DNA of 62,245 nucleotides, the filler included, from Basidiobolus ranarum (lineage: Eukaryota), in NCBI GenBank assembly GCA_040143965.1. It is 24 parts of 24 records of this genome, joined end to end, with 100 filler letters (N's around TTAATTAATTAA, not from the genome) between each part and the next. Parts side by side here need not be neighbours in the genome. Positions count along the whole stretch, not along the records: positions 59,759 to 62,245 come from JASJQH010010157.1; 23 more parts are not named here. One strand, written 5' to 3'. Below, one piece after another: positions 60,267 to 62,245 of the stretch (the first letter of the stretch is position 1; each line of letters opens with the position of its first letter). The translations under genes and the position numbers were made by a program. The notes below the pieces were generated by a model. That model made no database searches. It was not told where the DNA came from and saw nothing but the letters and a program-made list of their open reading frames with translations.

Positions 60267-62245
60267 CCATGTACCCGGGTGATTCTCTACTTGACTTTAT
60301 GCTCGGAATTTCATATTCTCAATCAATTGATTCTTTCCACATTTCTTGTGTTACCTTTTAAATAATTATTTAAAGGTTGGAAAGAATTAGAAATACTTTT
60401 GATAGTAATAGAAAATATGTGACTTCCATTTGTATTGAAAATAAGTGTTTATACATATAATGTAAATGAAGAAATATAAAAATCAAGACGTGATTCCAGG
60501 ATGGTTAGTTGCATTTTCTAATAAATTAAATGATATCAAGTATGCAAGTGCTGATTGATCAGCAGGAGAGTACACTAAACAATTTTACATTGACCCAATT
60601 TGTAGGAAGGCGTGGATAAGTGCCACTAGTCACCAGATGATTCAGCATTATAGGATAGTGAATCTATGGTAAGCATATCAGCCGATCCAAATGACTGGTT
60701 GGCCAAGCAAAAGGGGTTTATTTGGACTGTATAGGAGATTACAAGGGACTGTATTGAATTGTTAGAAAGATGCATTTCACTACTCCCTAACGAATACTTG
60801 ACTAAAGTACTATTGAAGTAGCATAGCTGCGTGGGCTTGGGGATGTACCGAATGTACTAAACCTAACTTAGATGCCAAAGCCTGAGTTGAAAATTTTGTA
60901 GAATCCGGATACGCCCTTACTTATCTCGATACGGAGAGTTTCATAGATTAGTGATCATAGCTACTAAAAGCAATAAAAGGCCTCTATGTATGGAAAGTAT
61001 GCGTGGGTAAATATGGAAAAGGGGGGATGTGATGTTTGGATAAGAGCTCTGAAAGCCCAAACCAGAAAGGGTGATAGTAGAAGTAATATTTAGCCTAATT
61101 GTTTTGCAGGTCAAACGGCACTTTGTTTACATGAGATTACTCAAGGCTCTGATATGTTTGTTGCAGTAAATAGTTATTTTTGCCGATAAAAAAGGTATTA
61201 AAATGGCTCACACCAGACTTAAATTATTTACTTTATACTGGATTATTTCACATCCTCTGATCCGAGAGTAAACTGAAACTAGGCAAGCAAAGCTGCGCGT
61301 ATATTGTCAATTTACTACGTTGTGCCCTGTACGAGCTAAATGACAATTAAAAGTCACTTCCAATTGAATTGTACAAGTACTTGGCCATGTACTGGTTCAA
61401 CTATCCCCGAACGTTGCCAGTAGGGGAGTCAGACACCAGAAATGCTCTCGGAATTATTAGAAATAGATCTTACGAGCAAACGATCTCCAAATGATTTTCA
61501 GTAATAATATGTGATTATTAAGACATAATTCACTGAACCGACCAATAAACACAAGCACTCTGTTGTTGAGACTGATTCGTTCGGAACGTAGACTAATCTC
61601 GATATCAGCCAAAGATACTAACTCATCACTATTGATGCACTTGGGCCTATCCTGAGTAAATCTCATATTCCCAATTCATCCACATCACATCCATAATATA
61701 TCCCAAAATATAATGGATTTACCTTGGACTTGTGCACTCTATAAACTGATGGACACCCAGTTAGTGGGCTAAACCTGCAGTGGACATCAACTATGAATAG
61801 TCAAAAGTACGGAAACCATCCACAGATAATATAGGAATACCCTTGGCCATCTACAGCATATTCCTGGTCAATGCAATCTTACAGCAAGGATAATCCAAGT
61901 ACCCTGCATCCGAAACACTAATTATGTCGCAAGTAATACTAAGCATTCTCAAAATGAAGGATCTGAGTGGAAGAATAGAAGATGGCATTATATTCAGTGC
62001 CAAGGCAATACAAATCGGTTCTTTTACCAATTTGGTCTGTGGAAAATTAGATTTCTAGAATCCACTAAGATCCGCATGCGATGTATCGCCAGTGACACCA
62101 TAGCCGCCAACAGACAAAATAGTCCGACCGTCCCAGGTGGCCAAGCCTTCAGTTTTTACGCAGTCGCTAGATGTGGAATAGACAACCACTGCATTCATCT
62201 CTCACTCAGGGTTAACTGCAACCCTTATCTTCAAACCCCATACAT

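Noticed and set aside
60267-62245. Search for a Fanzor omegaRNA, tRNA or coding exons in the non-coding contig ends
   Set aside because: I found no repeated boundary, cloverleaf or convincing ORF by eye. A covariance-model search would be needed.

Overview
This window is not one locus. It is 24 unrelated ~2.5 kb contigs, sorted by decreasing length and joined by an artificial 100-nt spacer (N44-TTAATTAATTAA-N44), so nothing can be inferred across spacers. The DNA is eukaryotic and looks fungal: short GT-AG introns with CTAAC-type branch points and an ERG25-like gene. An early-diverging fungus is my inference, not a database result. About half the contigs are decayed, CpG-depleted transposons: Ty1/copia retrotransposons (four LTR types, two with a half-tRNA-iMet primer site), a CCC-terminated CACTA/EnSpm family, and a PIF/Harbinger/ISL2EU-type DDE family. 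Both DNA-transposon families carry a divergent second ORF. Host genes include a long Ser/Thr-rich secreted protein missed by the ORF track, a small secreted protein, CsbD/LEA-like stress genes, an ABCG transporter, a convergent pair of 4-TM paralogues, a carboxylesterase end, a complete 4-exon NADP-dependent oxidoreductase, ERG25 and a RhoGAP. The most notable find is an intron-containing Fanzor (eukaryotic TnpB-like RNA-guided nuclease) remnant at about 35387-36337, split over several frames so the ORF track does not show it. There is also a bacterial/mitochondrial-type LSU rRNA fragment at 2431-2508. All family assignments come from manual translation and recalled motifs, not from searches.
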